Positions 33,601 to 45,285 of a stretch of DNA of 64,000 nucleotides are shown in pieces. The DNA is from Flectonema sp. DT1601. Its lineage: Eukaryota. The notes under the pieces were generated by a model that searched no databases, had not been told where the DNA came from, and saw nothing but the letters and a program-made list of their open reading frames with translations. Where the stretch lies: the NCBI GenBank assembly GCA_964019425.1, contig OZ025795.1, positions 248,001-312,000 of the forward strand. The letters run 5' to 3'. The position numbers and the translations under genes were made by a program. Position 1 is the first letter of the stretch; every line of letters begins with the position of its first letter.

Positions 33601-34409
33601 AATCCTTTCTTACCCTTTGGGAGATTCCACTCCGCCAATGACCTATAGAGTTCTATGCTTTGATTTATAGAAGGTGGGCAGACGTTTAGTTTACCCAGAC
33701 CTTCAGCTATTAATTTACTGTCACCATCTTGATTTTGAACAAGTCTCTTGGCTGATTCTACGACATGGTCTCGATTTGCTGGTCCGAAAACCAGTTTTGC
33801 AAGTTCCAGAGGTGCTAAACAGGAATGAAAATAAGCCATCGTTAAAGCTTCATCCTCAGGTAGGGCTGAGCGTCGGATTGACTCACGGAGATAGTCAGCC
33901 GCCTGTGTTGTTTTTTTTTGTTATGGAAATAATAAACCTCACTAGGCGTTAAAGGTACATACCAACTCATACTTGCCAAGCTCTGTGTAACACCTTCCAA
34001 CATGATAACGTGTCTCAGCTGTGTCAAGAAGCTGATCAGCTTTAAGAAAAGCATTCAATGCTTCTTTCCAATCGTTTAGATGCCTCGATAATATTTCACC
34101 CAATCTTAAGCTAGCTCTTCCAGCCTCGAGTGGAGAACCTGTCAAGTTTCCAACAGCTTGAAGTAATTGAACTGCCTCAATCACTACAGGTTCTTCAGCA
34201 GCTGGGATAAAAACACCACTTTGTACAGTTTTATCTATATATTGTTTAAACATCTCTTGAGCTACAAACCCTCCAAATCCACCCAATGCTTCTTGATTAA
34301 CAACTGTTACCATTGGTGAGAAATCTAATACTAATAATCCAACAATCACTACTATTGTTGGAAGCCATCCTCCTTTCTGTGGCTTTCCCTCAGGCGGGAG
34401 AGGGACCAT
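30678..34409 (-). CDS. Membrane-anchored TPR-like protein, snoRNA host gene; 3 coding exons (34409-33963, 33902-33033, 30728-30678)
   Basis: N-terminal TM segment and TPR-like helices (EALNAFLKADQL..ETRYHVGRCYTELGKYELAADYLRESI). The donor ACG|GTTTGT at 33032 pairs with acceptor AAAAAAAAACAG|GCA at 30729, giving the in-frame end AWKSHNNDLKTLCVYD*. The last exon is inferred. Confidence 0.75.
30800..32978 (-). ncRNA. snoRNA array 2 (intronic): 15 units G,B,C,D,E,H,A,F,G,B,C,D,E,A,F
   Basis: Same modules as array 1, all apparently intact, filling the predicted intron 30729-33032. Confidence 0.9.
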
Positions 34410-34489
34410 ATTGTCGCTCGCCTGGTAATCGAAATAATGCCTTGCAAAGTTATATTACTTTACTTCTCTAAAATTAACTTTAACATCTC

Positions 34490-37431
34490 CAAAGGGAGCA
34501 GGTAAGGCATCAGCTTGCAATAGACTTTCTCATCATGTGTCTGAAATTACTTCAAAAGGAGATACATCAAGAGATTCTTGTACACGTGGGTGTGCGTTAA
34601 TTCCATATCCGGAAGGAACGCGACCGTATTGCGTACTTTCTAAAAAGAGATTGGGAACTTCCTCAACAACAAAAAGGATCAGCAGGGAAGCAGGAACACG
34701 ACAGACAAAGCAACGCTCAGACACGAAAGCTACGTCAACAAATAGCATTCAGGTGACTCACGGTCTGCAGAACTATGAGATCGGCTTCCTATCTCGTCAA
34801 TCATTCGCGTTGCTATTTTCCTCCTTTTTTCCAACTCCCACAAAACACAGAAAAGATGTCGCACACACAGAGCTCAGACAGCAGGACGGTAGTTGCAGTT
34901 TGGTTTCATGAGTAAAGGTTGGAAGCCATCAAATATTATGATAAGGTGATCATCTTCGCTCTGAATGACGACAACTCAAATCAACGAGAAGAAGAAGAAG
35001 AGAGAACGACAAGGAAGCAAGAAGTCAGCAAGTTTTAAACCTTTTTTCAAGTCACGAGAAATCAGAAGCAAGACTGGCGTTGGAAAGGTTGTGTGTGTTA
35101 TCCATCATGTGAATCATGTGAGAAGTGCTGGTATTCCAAATGCATGAAAGGAATCGAAAAAGAACAACGCACTCACAACAGCAGGGCAACAAAAGGATCA
35201 GCTTGAAGGCCGAAATTACTTGAAATCAATAAAAAAGATTTTCATACGAACGAGATCTATTGGGTAATTTCTATATCATCATGAGATATTGTGGAATCAA
35301 TAACAACACAGAGAGGCGGATCTCAGGCAAAGTCAGATGAGCGAATGGCAAACATCTTCCGAGGTTGTCTGGACCCACAAAACATAAAGAAGGTCGTGCA
35401 GGGGATTCGACTCGGCTATCCTTCAACAACAGGCAGGCAATACGATGAATGGAACAACGCACTCACAACAGCGGGCAACAAAAGGATGAAGACCAGACAA
35501 TCAGACAGCCCGTCGTTGTTTGTCACCAGATCTGCACCCAAAGGGAGCAGGTAAGGCATCAGCTTGCAATACGACTTTCTCATCATGTGTCTGAAATTAC
35601 TTCAAAGGAGATACATCAAGAGATTCTTGTACACGTGGGTGTGCGTTAATTCCATATCCGGAAGGAACGCGACCGTATTGCGTACTTTCTAAAAAGAGAT
35701 TGGGAACTTCCTCAACAACAAAAAGGATCAGCAGGGAAGCAAGAACACGACAGAAAAAGCAACGCTCAGACACGAAAGCTACGTCAACAAATAGCATTCA
35801 GGTGACTCACGGTCTGCAGAACTATGAGATCGGCTTTCTATCTCGTCAATCATTCGCGTTGCTATTTTCCTCCTTTTTTCCAACTCCCACAAAACACAGA
35901 AAAGATGTCGCACACAGAGCTCAGACAGCAGGACGGTAGTTGCAGTTTGGTTTCATGAGTAAAGGTTGGAAGCCATCAAATACTATGATAAGGTGATCAT
36001 CTTCGCTCTGAATGACGACAATTCAAATCAAAGACAGGTTCTGGAAAGGTTCTCAAATCAGACAAAGTAGTAGTAAGAAGTTATCGTCAAATATAATCCG
36101 ACATATGCTTGTTATGATATGTGATCATCATATTACTTTAGACAGTCAGTTTCAGAGAAAGCAACGCTCAGACACGAAAGCTACGTCAACAAATAGCATT
36201 CAGGTGACTCACGGTCTGCAGAACTATGAGATCGGCTTTCTATCTCGTCAATCATTCGCGTTGCTGTTTTCCCTTTTTTTCCAACTCCCACAAACACAGA
36301 AAAGATGTCGCATACACAGAGCTCAGACAGCAGGACGGTAGTTGCAGTTTGGTTTCATGAGTAAAGGTTGGAAGCCATCAAATATTATGATAAGGTGATC
36401 ATCTTCGCTCTGAATGACGACAACTCAAATCAACGAGAAGAAGAAGAAGAAGAAGAGAGAACGACAAGGAAGCAAGAAGTCAGCAAGTTTTAAACCTTTT
36501 TTCAAGTCACGAGAAATCAGAAGCAAGACTGGCGTTGGAAAGGTTGTGTGTGTTATCCATCATGTGAATCATGTGAGAAGTGCTGGTATTCCAAATGCAT
36601 GAAAGGAATCGAAAAAGAACAACGCACTCACAACAGCAGGGCAACAAAAGGATCAGCTTGAAGGCCGAAATTACTTGAAATCAATAAAAAGGATTTTCAT
36701 ACGAACGAGATCTATTGGGTAATTTCTATATCATCATGAGATATTGTGGAATCAATAACAACACAGAGAGGCGGATCTCAGGCAAAGTCAGATGAGCGAA
36801 TGGCAAACATCTTCCGAGGTTGTCTGGACCCACAAAACATAAAGAAGGTCGTGCAGGGGATTCGACTCGGCTATCCTTCAACAACAGGCAGGCAATACGA
36901 TGAATGGAACAACGACCTCACAACAGCGGGCAACAAAAGGATGAAGACCAGACAATCAGACAGCCCGTCGTTGTTTGTCACCAGATCTGCACCCAAAGGG
37001 AGCAGGTAAGGCATCAGCTTGCAATACGACTTTCTCATCACGTGTCTGAAATTACTTCAAAGGAGATACATCAAGAGATTCTTGTACACGTGGGTGTGCG
37101 TTAATTCCATATCCGGAAGGAACGCGACCGTATTGCGTACTTTCTAAAAAGAGATTGGGAACTTCCTCAACAACAAAAAGGATCAGCAGGGAAGCAGGAA
37201 CACGACAGAAAAAGCAACGCTCAGACACGAAAGCTACGTCAACAAATAGCATTCAGGTGACTCACGGTCTGCAGAACTATGAGATCGGCTTTCTATCTCG
37301 TCAATCATTCGCGTTGCTATTTTCCTCCTTTTTTCCAACTCCCACAAAACACAGAAAAGATGTCGCACACACAGAGCTCAGACAGCAGGACGGTGCAATC
37401 TTCGCTCCGAATGACGACAACTCAAATCAAG
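34490..37431 (-). ncRNA. snoRNA array 3: 21 units B(partial),C,D,E,A,F,G,B,C,D,E,H,D,E,A,F,G,B,C,D,E(deleted)
   Basis: Same modules, bounded by a consensus donor CAG|GTGAGT (37453) and a CAG acceptor (34422) just upstream of the host ATG. Confidence 0.9.
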
Positions 37432-37709
37432 GCCTAACCTCATAAGTACTCACCTGTGAAAATAAGTAACATTACTCGAAAGCACACGTTAAAGATATCG
37501 AGGAGGACTCAGCTGCTCAAGTTGATAAATCGACTTCGTCTTTTATTGAGATACGTCGACAACGATAACCTATCAGAATTATAAAAGTGAAGTAGCTCTA
37601 CTCCTTTAAAGCGAATACGCTTTAAATAAAGGCTGCAACAACTCACAGTTGGTGTCTACTGTAGCAGCAGATCGATTGATTTTAACGAAGAGTTTGAGTT
37701 TAGATTCGA

Positions 37710-38687
37710 CTAAATCCTCTTCCAAAGAGAACGGCTGTTTAGTACCGCCCTACCTCCCTGAGCGTTTACAGCTCTATTAGGATTGCGAGAGTTGAGAACT
37801 GAATCGTCTGGTTTGTATTTCATATGCTTGTCCATCTCTTTCTGAAGCATGCCAGGCTGCGTACCGAAATCACTGTAGTACCACGCACGTGCCCCCCAGG
37901 AACTGGAATCCCAGTTGACATCTGATGTCAGAGTGTCGGGAGAAATGTGAACATTTTTCCTTAACGTATAGCAACCCGGTAACGAATATATTCTCTCGTT
38001 CCTTTCTGTTGTTAAAACTCCTCTTCGATTTTTAAGAATTGTAACCCTCCTGCGTTCTTCTTGACTGCTAATCTGTCGACATAATAATTCAACGTGTGTG
38101 AATAGGGCTCCGTATTTATCAAAAAGTTGTCCGGTTTTGTAACCGTTTTCATCATTCTCGAGAAACTTTAAAAATGACCCAACGGTCTTATGTTTTGCAG
38201 ACAAGCCGTGTATTATTCTAGTTACGGCATTGTAATCATCAAAACGAATACGGCCTTTTATTATTGGTTGGATATCTAGTACTCGGGTTGCTTTTCCCAT
38301 TTGAAAATCTGTTGTTACGGAGTACGGGTTTTCATGTAGCATAGGCATGTCGTCACGTTTTCGGTGTTTAGATATACGCTGTTGTCTTTCGTCGTGGGAT
38401 GCTTTTTCTAATATCTTTTTTTCAAAAAAAGTTCCTAGATTTGGAACATTAACCCACAGGTGTTCTTTTTGAAGTGATTTGGATAAATTATAAACGTCTT
38501 TCATCAACGGCATGATTTGTCTTGTTTTTAATACATCACGACCTGCGAGCAGCTCTGCTGTAGCTTTTCTGTGTCTGTCACCCGTATACCAATTACGTTC
38601 GACCCTTGACTTCAGAAGCCCTATTCTGTTGTATCTCTCACGAACAAGGTTCATCACTCTCTTCTTTAATACGCTTTTTTTCGCCAT
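37710..38687 (-). CDS. Basic hypothetical protein, possibly a euglenozoan mitoribosomal small-subunit protein (uS11m-like; tentative)
   Basis: Lys/Arg-rich ORF starting MAKKSVLKK after a poly-A leader. The resemblance to trypanosome uS11m is from recall only. Confidence 0.6.
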   Translation of the reverse strand: MAKKSVLKKRVMNLVRERYNRIGLLKSRVERNWYTGDRHRKATAELLAGRDVLKTRQIMPLMKDVYNLSKSLQKEHLWVNVPNLGTFFEKKILEKASHDERQQRISKHRKRDDMPMLHENPYSVTTDFQMGKATRVLDIQPIIKGRIRFDDYNAVTRIIHGLSAKHKTVGSFLKFLENDENGYKTGQLFDKYGALFTHVELLCRQISSQEERRRVTILKNRRGVLTTERNERIYSLPGCYTLRKNVHISPDTLTSDVNWDSSSWGARAWYYSDFGTQPGMLQKEMDKHMKYKPDDSVLNSRNPNRAVNAQGGRAVLNSRSLWKRI

Positions 38688-39151
38688 TTTTTTTTTTTTT
38701 TTTTTAAAAAGATGATTTGCCTTTTTCCTCTGGCAGTCTGTCGAGAGGAATATAATAACCAAAACAGATAGATCCATAATATTTATTAGCACCTTTTTTT
38801 TTTTTTTTTATATTCCCAAGTACTAAAAGTCGGTTCGCTCGATATATGAATTCGATTTTTTTGCTGCCGTTGTTTACTTTGGTGACATTTATAATAAAAC
38901 AATTTCGGAGAGTTTCAAACAGATCCTTTTCAGGAATGCTGAACCTACCTTAAAATTAATATATTTTAAATCGAAAATCGAAGTCTAGAATACATCATTT
39001 TGTTTGTTTGTTCGTTTTTTTTTTCTACTTTTATGTTTAATACCATCTCAACATTTACGTCTCATAAAGAGCATCTTAACAAGACGGATATCAAAGTTCT
39101 TTAACTTTTTTGGGGAAAAACTATAATTCCACAAAAAAGTTTCTGCAATGT

Positions 39152-39272
39152 CCGATCTCAATACAAAAGTTTCCGAAAAGGATGGACACACTAAAGTTTC
39201 CGAAATAATCCATTTTTTGGAAACTTTTTTGTGTGGAGCTGTCCATTTCAAAAACTTTTGTGTTGAGATCGG
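39152..39272. repeat. Imperfect foldback (MITE-like) inverted repeat
   Basis: Arm CCGATCTCAATACAAAAGTTT...ATGGACA..AAAGTTTCC is mirrored by GGAAACTTT..TGTCCAT...AAACTTTTGTGTTGAGATCGG. Confidence 0.8.
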
Positions 39273-39574
39273 GTTTTCCCAACTTTTGTTTATTGATACT
39301 AAAAGGTTTATCGTGAATTCTCAATACAGTTTGAGACCATTTTGCTTTTCCTCTTTTAAAAAAAAAAGTCTGCCTTAAATTCGGCAAGTTCGATTCCGGG
39401 TGGCGGATTTTTTAACCACAGGTCACAAGGACTTTTTTTGTACTAATTGCGTCTCAATCGGATCGTACAGAAGTACGGCCGTATGAATGGGGGTTTGTGT
39501 GAGGATGAATTGGGAAGAAATAATAATAACAGAAACTACAGAAAAAGAAATGATCACAAAACTGTTTGTCCTAT

Positions 39575-40658
39575 CTAATCAACAGGACGAGGAGGAATAG
39601 GAAATCGAATGTCACTGAGACTGCGAGCACCATGATGAAGATCAAGAGTTGCTCCGTATAAATCAACAAGAGAAGGTACTTGTGATTCTCTGGAACCTTC
39701 TTGTTGACGTAGTAGTTGTGTTCCTCTCATTGTAGCTGATTTGATTTGTTTTTTAGGACGAAGTTTTATAAAGTGCGGTTGCATATAATGACCTATTCCA
39801 GGTTTAGCTAACAACTCCATCTTATGAGCGTGAGTCATATCCCTGTCGATGTTACTGAAACGTTGATGAGTTCGAGCCGTATTATTTCTGGAGATTCTGT
39901 TTGCTATCGATAAAGCATTCTTCATTTGCGTTTCAGCAAATTTTGATTCCCGTTCATGTTTATTCTTCATTCTCGTTGTGAATAACTCTAAACGCTGTTG
40001 TCGATTCTTTTCCATTTGCTCTAATTCTTGTTTCTCAAATAAAGTTATCTTACGTTGGCACATCTTTGATTCTCTGTAGCAGTGGCTTGCGGCCAGTTTC
40101 TCTTCAGCTTGTTGCAGGTCGCGTACACGACTGGAAAAGCTGTTTTTTTTTTTTTTTGTTGCAGTAGTAAGATCTTTTTATTTTAACAAGATGGTTACAC
40201 ACATTACTACTCTACTCTCTTTCTTTAGAATATCTTGTTGTTTATCAATTGTATCTTGAGCATGTCTCTCAGAGACGGCTTGCAGCTTCGTTTCCCAAGT
40301 GCTGGTGATTTCACGAGCATTAATTCTCGCTGCGTTCCTCGCTTTTTCCAATTGTTTTTCTTCAGCTAACCGCAAGACTCTGCGTTCGTAATTTTGTCTT
40401 GAAAACTCATCTCTCTCTTTCAGGCTGCGGAGAGTCTTTGCTTCGTTAGCAAGACGAGTAGTGACTTCTTCAGCATCGTCGTATTTCTTTTGCTCAACTT
40501 TCTGAATTGTTTTTTGTTCGTTTTTTCTCTCCCCATCTTTTGATTATTTATTTTTAAACAAAACATACCTGCTGGCGCAATGCCATGAGTTGCTTTACAG
40601 TGTGAGTATATTCGTCATCTTGTGGTCCCAACTTCCTCCTACTTAGTGGGTCCACCAT
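39575..40658 (-). CDS. Hypothetical coiled-coil protein; 3 exons (40658-40569, 40501-40203, 40139-39575)
   Basis: Exons join in frame through GTATGT..CAG (phase 0) and GTGTGT..CAG (phase 2) introns. Heptad-rich sequence. Confidence 0.72.
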
Positions 40659-41147
40659 TAGGAGGTATCCTGGTTGAGAGAAAGTAGTACTTTATGTATT
40701 ATGGAATTTTTTATTTTTAAAAAAAAAAAGATAATAATGAAATTAAATTAAGTGAAATAGAACATCTAATGTAATGAAAAAGAAATGAAAAAAAATATCT
40801 AACGAGACAAAAATGAAATTGACAATAAAAAAAACCTAACGCCTACAACGGAAGGGGAGAGGTAGTAAGTGATGTATTACAGGAACATTCGTCGACCAGA
40901 ACCAAGATTTCAAATCTTGATGCGGTCCCGATTGTATAACCGAATTTGATACAAAAAAAAAAAAAAAAAAAAAAATAGCTCTAATTTAGATGTTTATGGG
41001 CGCCTTTCAATAATTCCGTTTTCTCAACTCGCTGTGAGGAATCGCAGACATCCGAGATCGTCTGAAGGTTTCAAAAAAAAGAAAAGAAAAAAAAATAACC
41101 AACATCTCCTTTATGGTGCTGGACACAGTGAAGGTCTTGCTGGAGCC

Positions 41148-42173
41148 TCATACATGTTTGGATGATACATATTAAGAAATGGATGAGATGCTACTTGCTC
41201 CATGTCCATTCTGTCTGGTTCATTTTTATTTAAAGTTGAGAGTAAGAAGTCTTTGCACTCTCGAGTAAAGTGATTTGGAATTCTCAAATCAGCCTGTTGG
41301 TTTGTTAAGTTGAATTAAAAAAAATCGTTCATCAAATTTGAAAAAAAAAAAAAAAAAAAAAAATACAAACATGAGCAATTGCATCGTAAATGTCTTCCAA
41401 AACTTCAAAGTTTGAGAATGGTGCGGTTCCGACTAACATTTCGTATGTCATAATCCCGAGAGCCCAAACATCAGCTTTTTGATCGACGCCTTCTTTGTTT
41501 ACAACTTCAGGTGCTAAGTAGTCGACAGTACCACATAGAGTTGCTCTACGGTCGGTTGGCCTTGCTAATTGTCCTACAGAACCAAAGTCAGCTAGTCGTA
41601 AATTACCATCTGAACCAATGAGACAATTCTCTAACTTAACATCTCTATGAATCCAAACTGGCTGATGGCAATGTAAATAAGCCAAAGCTAATGCAGCCTG
41701 TTTGATATAATAAGAGACATCTGATTCAGAAAGTTTTCCAAGAAATCCGTTGAAATATTTCAACAGGTCTCCCTGTTCACAATACTCTAAAATTAAATAT
41801 TTGTGATCCACGTCCTCGAATACGTCATAAAGCCTGTTTTTTTTGGTTGTGTGGGTTTGTTGTTTTTTTTTATGAATAAATATGTTTACTGAGTGAGTAC
41901 ATACTGAACGATAAAAGGATGGTCAAGGTTTTTATGACATTGAACTTCTGTTTCCCACGATCTACGAACAACCATGTTACCTGCTGCAGCTTTCTTATTC
42001 AAAGCCTTCACCGCAACTACCATTCCTGTTTTCTTCTCCTTCGCCATGTAAACTTGTGCGAAATGTGTTTCTCCTATTTTCTTTATTAATTCTAATTGTG
42101 CTAAATTTCTAATCCGAGGGATCTTCTCTGGTTCTGAGTCCCAAAAATGTCTGGTTGCGGATGTTGTTGTCAT
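41148..42173 (-). CDS. Aurora-like Ser/Thr protein kinase; 3 exons (42173-41905, 41833-41371, 41293-41148)
   Basis: Kinase motifs VAVK, HRDVKLEN, ADFG, RRATLCGTVDYLAPE and DVWALG; spliced C-lobe ending HPFL. Confidence 0.88.
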
Positions 42174-42457
42174 TTTAGTTCGTTCTTTTTGTTTGTTTTT
42201 TTACCTCACCCCTCTAAAGGAATTATGAAGAATTGGTTGGAGAAAGAAAAAAAGAAGAAAAAAAAACATCATAAGCAACTCAACTAAACATCTGTGGTAT
42301 GCATCTGGTAGTGAAATTAATTACGGAAAATAAAGAACATAAATAACTCAAAACCCCTTTTTTTGTGATCGATTGCCTCAACGAATTTGATAATCGGAGA
42401 CAAAGACTAAGATAGTTTTTGTGAATTTAATATAAAAGTGTGATAACAATAACTTCA

Positions 42458-43609
42458 CTACCACGATAAAAGATGTGTTAGTATATCGGATACAACTGCC
42501 ACACAGACTGAGTTCCCTAAAAGTCGATATTTCTGTCTCAATGAAGTTTCAGGATGGAATTGAAAACTATCAGGGAATGCGAGTAGCTGTCTAATCTCAT
42601 TCGGATCAAATCTTCGAATTCTAAGTTTCAACAAATCACATAAGGCGTTAGGGTCTTGTTTTGCAGGACAACCACACTCATCATGATTTGTAATAGCAGC
42701 TTTAACTTCTGCAGTAGTCGTTGCGTTGTGACACATCATAGACCCTGTCCCCTCAACGTACTGTGGATATCCTTTAGTAAAACACATTGAACCAGTTGAA
42801 TGAGGGAATATTATATCCATTAATCTTGTTAACGTACCACATAAGTCTTTTTGAGTTAGAAGGTATTCATCAACACAGTCCCCGTTATTCTTTAAGTAAT
42901 CGCTCAACGACACTGTTTTGTGTCTCAGAGAAGGGGCAGTATTACTTAGGGGTGTGGAGATCCCGAATCCCGTTGGAGTTTTTTTCTTTTTCGCGATGAG
43001 GTAGTATCTCAATCTAGAATTTGGAATTCCACAGTGATTAGGATTCAATAAGAATTCCTTAACGCTGTAGCCAAGCGTCAGTAGTAATGAAAACAAGTCG
43101 TCGTGAGGGATCGAAATTTCAAAATTTCGAACGTTCTCAATGAACAACATCTGTGGTCTCGCATTCATAGGCAACGACACAAGTGTATTTAAAAGAAAAT
43201 AAAACGACTTCGTCCTTGGATCTTCCTGACCCTTCTGCAGACCCATTCGTGTAAAAGGTTGACAAGGTGGTGATGCTAACCAAACATCAGCTTTACACTT
43301 AAGCAGCTCTGCGTACTTAAGAGACTCGATGCTACATTGTCTTACTTTGGTAGTTTTAAAGTTGTGTTTGTATGTCTTATTCGCTAAGTCGTTTATTTCA
43401 ACACAGAATGCAACTTTTCCTTTTATTCCTAAACTAGCACATGCAGCATCAAAGGCGTAGTGATTTCCTCCAATTCCACTATAAAAGTCAATCGCTGTGA
43501 GCTCATCTGTGGTACGAACCTGTTCTTCATTATTAGCATCCGTAGCAATTGGAGGTCGTAGTCTACATGATGCTATCAGAGAACGATACATTAAGTCCCA
43601 TGATGTCAT
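42458..43609 (-). CDS. DNMT2: tRNA (cytosine-5)-methyltransferase DNMT2/TRDMT1
   Basis: C5-MTase motifs DFYSGIGG, SPPCQPF, ENV, PNSRLRYY and LLGNS, plus the DNMT2-diagnostic CFTKGY. Confidence 0.92.
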   Translation of the reverse strand: MTSWDLMYRSLIASCRLRPPIATDANNEEQVRTTDELTAIDFYSGIGGNHYAFDAACASLGIKGKVAFCVEINDLANKTYKHNFKTTKVRQCSIESLKYAELLKCKADVWLASPPCQPFTRMGLQKGQEDPRTKSFYFLLNTLVSLPMNARPQMLFIENVRNFEISIPHDDLFSLLLTLGYSVKEFLLNPNHCGIPNSRLRYYLIAKKKKTPTGFGISTPLSNTAPSLRHKTVSLSDYLKNNGDCVDEYLLTQKDLCGTLTRLMDIIFPHSTGSMCFTKGYPQYVEGTGSMMCHNATTTAEVKAAITNHDECGCPAKQDPNALCDLLKLRIRRFDPNEIRQLLAFPDSFQFHPETSLRQKYRLLGNSVCVAVVSDILTHLLSW

Positions 43610-43714
43610 TTTAGTGGGATTGTTGTGTTCTAAAAAGAAAAAATAGCTTTAAAATATAAGTTTTTTTATTCTTTTTTTTACACATGTTTTTTTTTTTGTT
43701 TCTAAAAACTTTTT

Positions 43715-44695
43715 TTAAAATTCGCTTAACATTACCTTCAGTTCTTCTAATTGTGATTGAGACTTAATCAAGACGTATCCTGGTGAGTTATCTTCTACAA
43801 GTGATGTGCAACCATCCATAAACGAACTACCAACAAGATCGATTCCGGTTAGGTTCGTTAAATCCAGTGACAACAAAGATTTACACTCACATAAGAAATT
43901 ATTTCCAATCGTTCTGACACTTGAAAAACTTGATAAGTCTAACGAGGTTAATGACTTACACCTACTTAGAAAATCATGATCAATAGATGAAACATTATCA
44001 AAAGAAAGATTTAAAGAAGTAAGAGAATCACAACCACTTAGAAAGTTGTTGTGAATTGTTGTGATATTGCACAAAGCTGACAAGTCTAAAGCTGTGATAG
44101 AAGAGACATCACAAAGGAAACTAGTACCAACAAACTTAATATTACTGAGACATGGGAAGTTTAATGTTTTAAGAGAAGAACAATTACACAAGAAGTAATT
44201 ACCAACAGACGTGATACTATCTAACAATGACATGTCCACTGATGAGAGAGACTCCCAATTTCTTAAGAAGTTAAGACCAATAGCTGTTGTTGAATTAGAG
44301 TTGGTGAATGAAATGCTTACAACAGTTTTTAAAATATGCAGATCATCAAAGACAAGCTGATCATTCTCTGTGAATGTGTTGGTATCAAGACAGAGATTGG
44401 TATGACTTTGAATGTTGCGAGTTATCTTCGATCTTTTGTCTTTATCTATGAACCATTCCTTACTAAAGACACTAATCATTGATACAACAAGTACTGATTC
44501 AGCTACTACTCCGTGTGACATCAGTCGACTAGCTGCTTGAAGACGCGTTCCTTCAAAAAAAAGTTCGAGAAAATCAGTGTCGACACTCCACTCGGTAGCT
44601 GCTTCTTGCAACACGTCATTCACGAGTGATTTCACAGTTGCGTTAAATGGAACGTCGGGAAGTAAAGAATCAGAACAAGACACTAAAACTTGCAT
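43715..44695 (-). CDS. Protein with an N-terminal ubiquitin-like domain and leucine-rich repeats (BspA-like)
   Basis: Repeats of LxxCxSLxxLdLs.L.nvtsIgnnFL; UBL-like N-terminus (LELFFEGTRL...LMSHGV). Confidence 0.82.
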   Translation of the reverse strand: MQVLVSCSDSLLPDVPFNATVKSLVNDVLQEAATEWSVDTDFLELFFEGTRLQAASRLMSHGVVAESVLVVSMISVFSKEWFIDKDKRSKITRNIQSHTNLCLDTNTFTENDQLVFDDLHILKTVVSISFTNSNSTTAIGLNFLRNWESLSSVDMSLLDSITSVGNYFLCNCSSLKTLNFPCLSNIKFVGTSFLCDVSSITALDLSALCNITTIHNNFLSGCDSLTSLNLSFDNVSSIDHDFLSRCKSLTSLDLSSFSSVRTIGNNFLCECKSLLSLDLTNLTGIDLVGSSFMDGCTSLVEDNSPGYVLIKSQSQLEELKVMLSEF

Positions 44696-45285
44696 CTTAT
44701 CAACCTGTTGATGTGAAGGAAATATAAATAGAAGAACACCACCTCTGTTTGTTAATCATTTCGTGTGAAGGAATGCTCTGTGAATATGAAAGGCTAAGCA
44801 TACACAAATAAAAAAAAAAACAGATAGAGAAAATCGCCTTCGCGTAAATGTAGCTACGAACGCAGATTATCAGCAAAGAAATTCACAACAGAAAGGGTAA
44901 TACATAACGTAATCAGAAAAACATAAAATATAACAACGTGTGTTGTTGTGTTTTTTTTTTTTTTTTTTGTTCCAACAGCTTTTCCAACACAAATAAGACA
45001 AACATAACGTATTTTTCAAATTTTGAACATAAAAAAGAAATGAAAAAAACTATTTCAGATGAAGCCTTCTTTTTCGTTGAACGCAGACAAAATCCTGTTG
45101 CACGGGGAAAATAAATCATGACCACAAGAAATACCGGCTTTCAATCTGAATAGTTTCTTCTCCGACTACGTCGGTACAAAAAAGAAAATTATTATTCTAG
45201 GGAGGTACAGGTGAAAATCGCAAAATAACTTCTAAATGCCCACTACTTAAAAGGCCTCACCAATATTGACACAAGGGGATGAAAC

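Noticed and set aside
26375..37431. Arrays as CRISPR, a transposon, rDNA or SL RNA gene repeats
   Set aside because: There is no repeat/unique-spacer pattern, no transposase, RT or terminal repeats, and no complete spliced-leader exon. rRNA matches are only 10-15 nt and sit next to D boxes or in hairpin pockets.
26358..37445. Many repeated short ORFs (MANIFRGCL..., MEQRPHNSG..., MGTSSTTKR...)
   Set aside because: They are chance translations of the snoRNA arrays. Indels between copies break the frames while the boxes and guides are preserved.
42458..43609. Bacterial restriction-modification methyltransferase
   Set aside because: The CFTxxY motif identifies DNMT2, and there is no adjacent nuclease.
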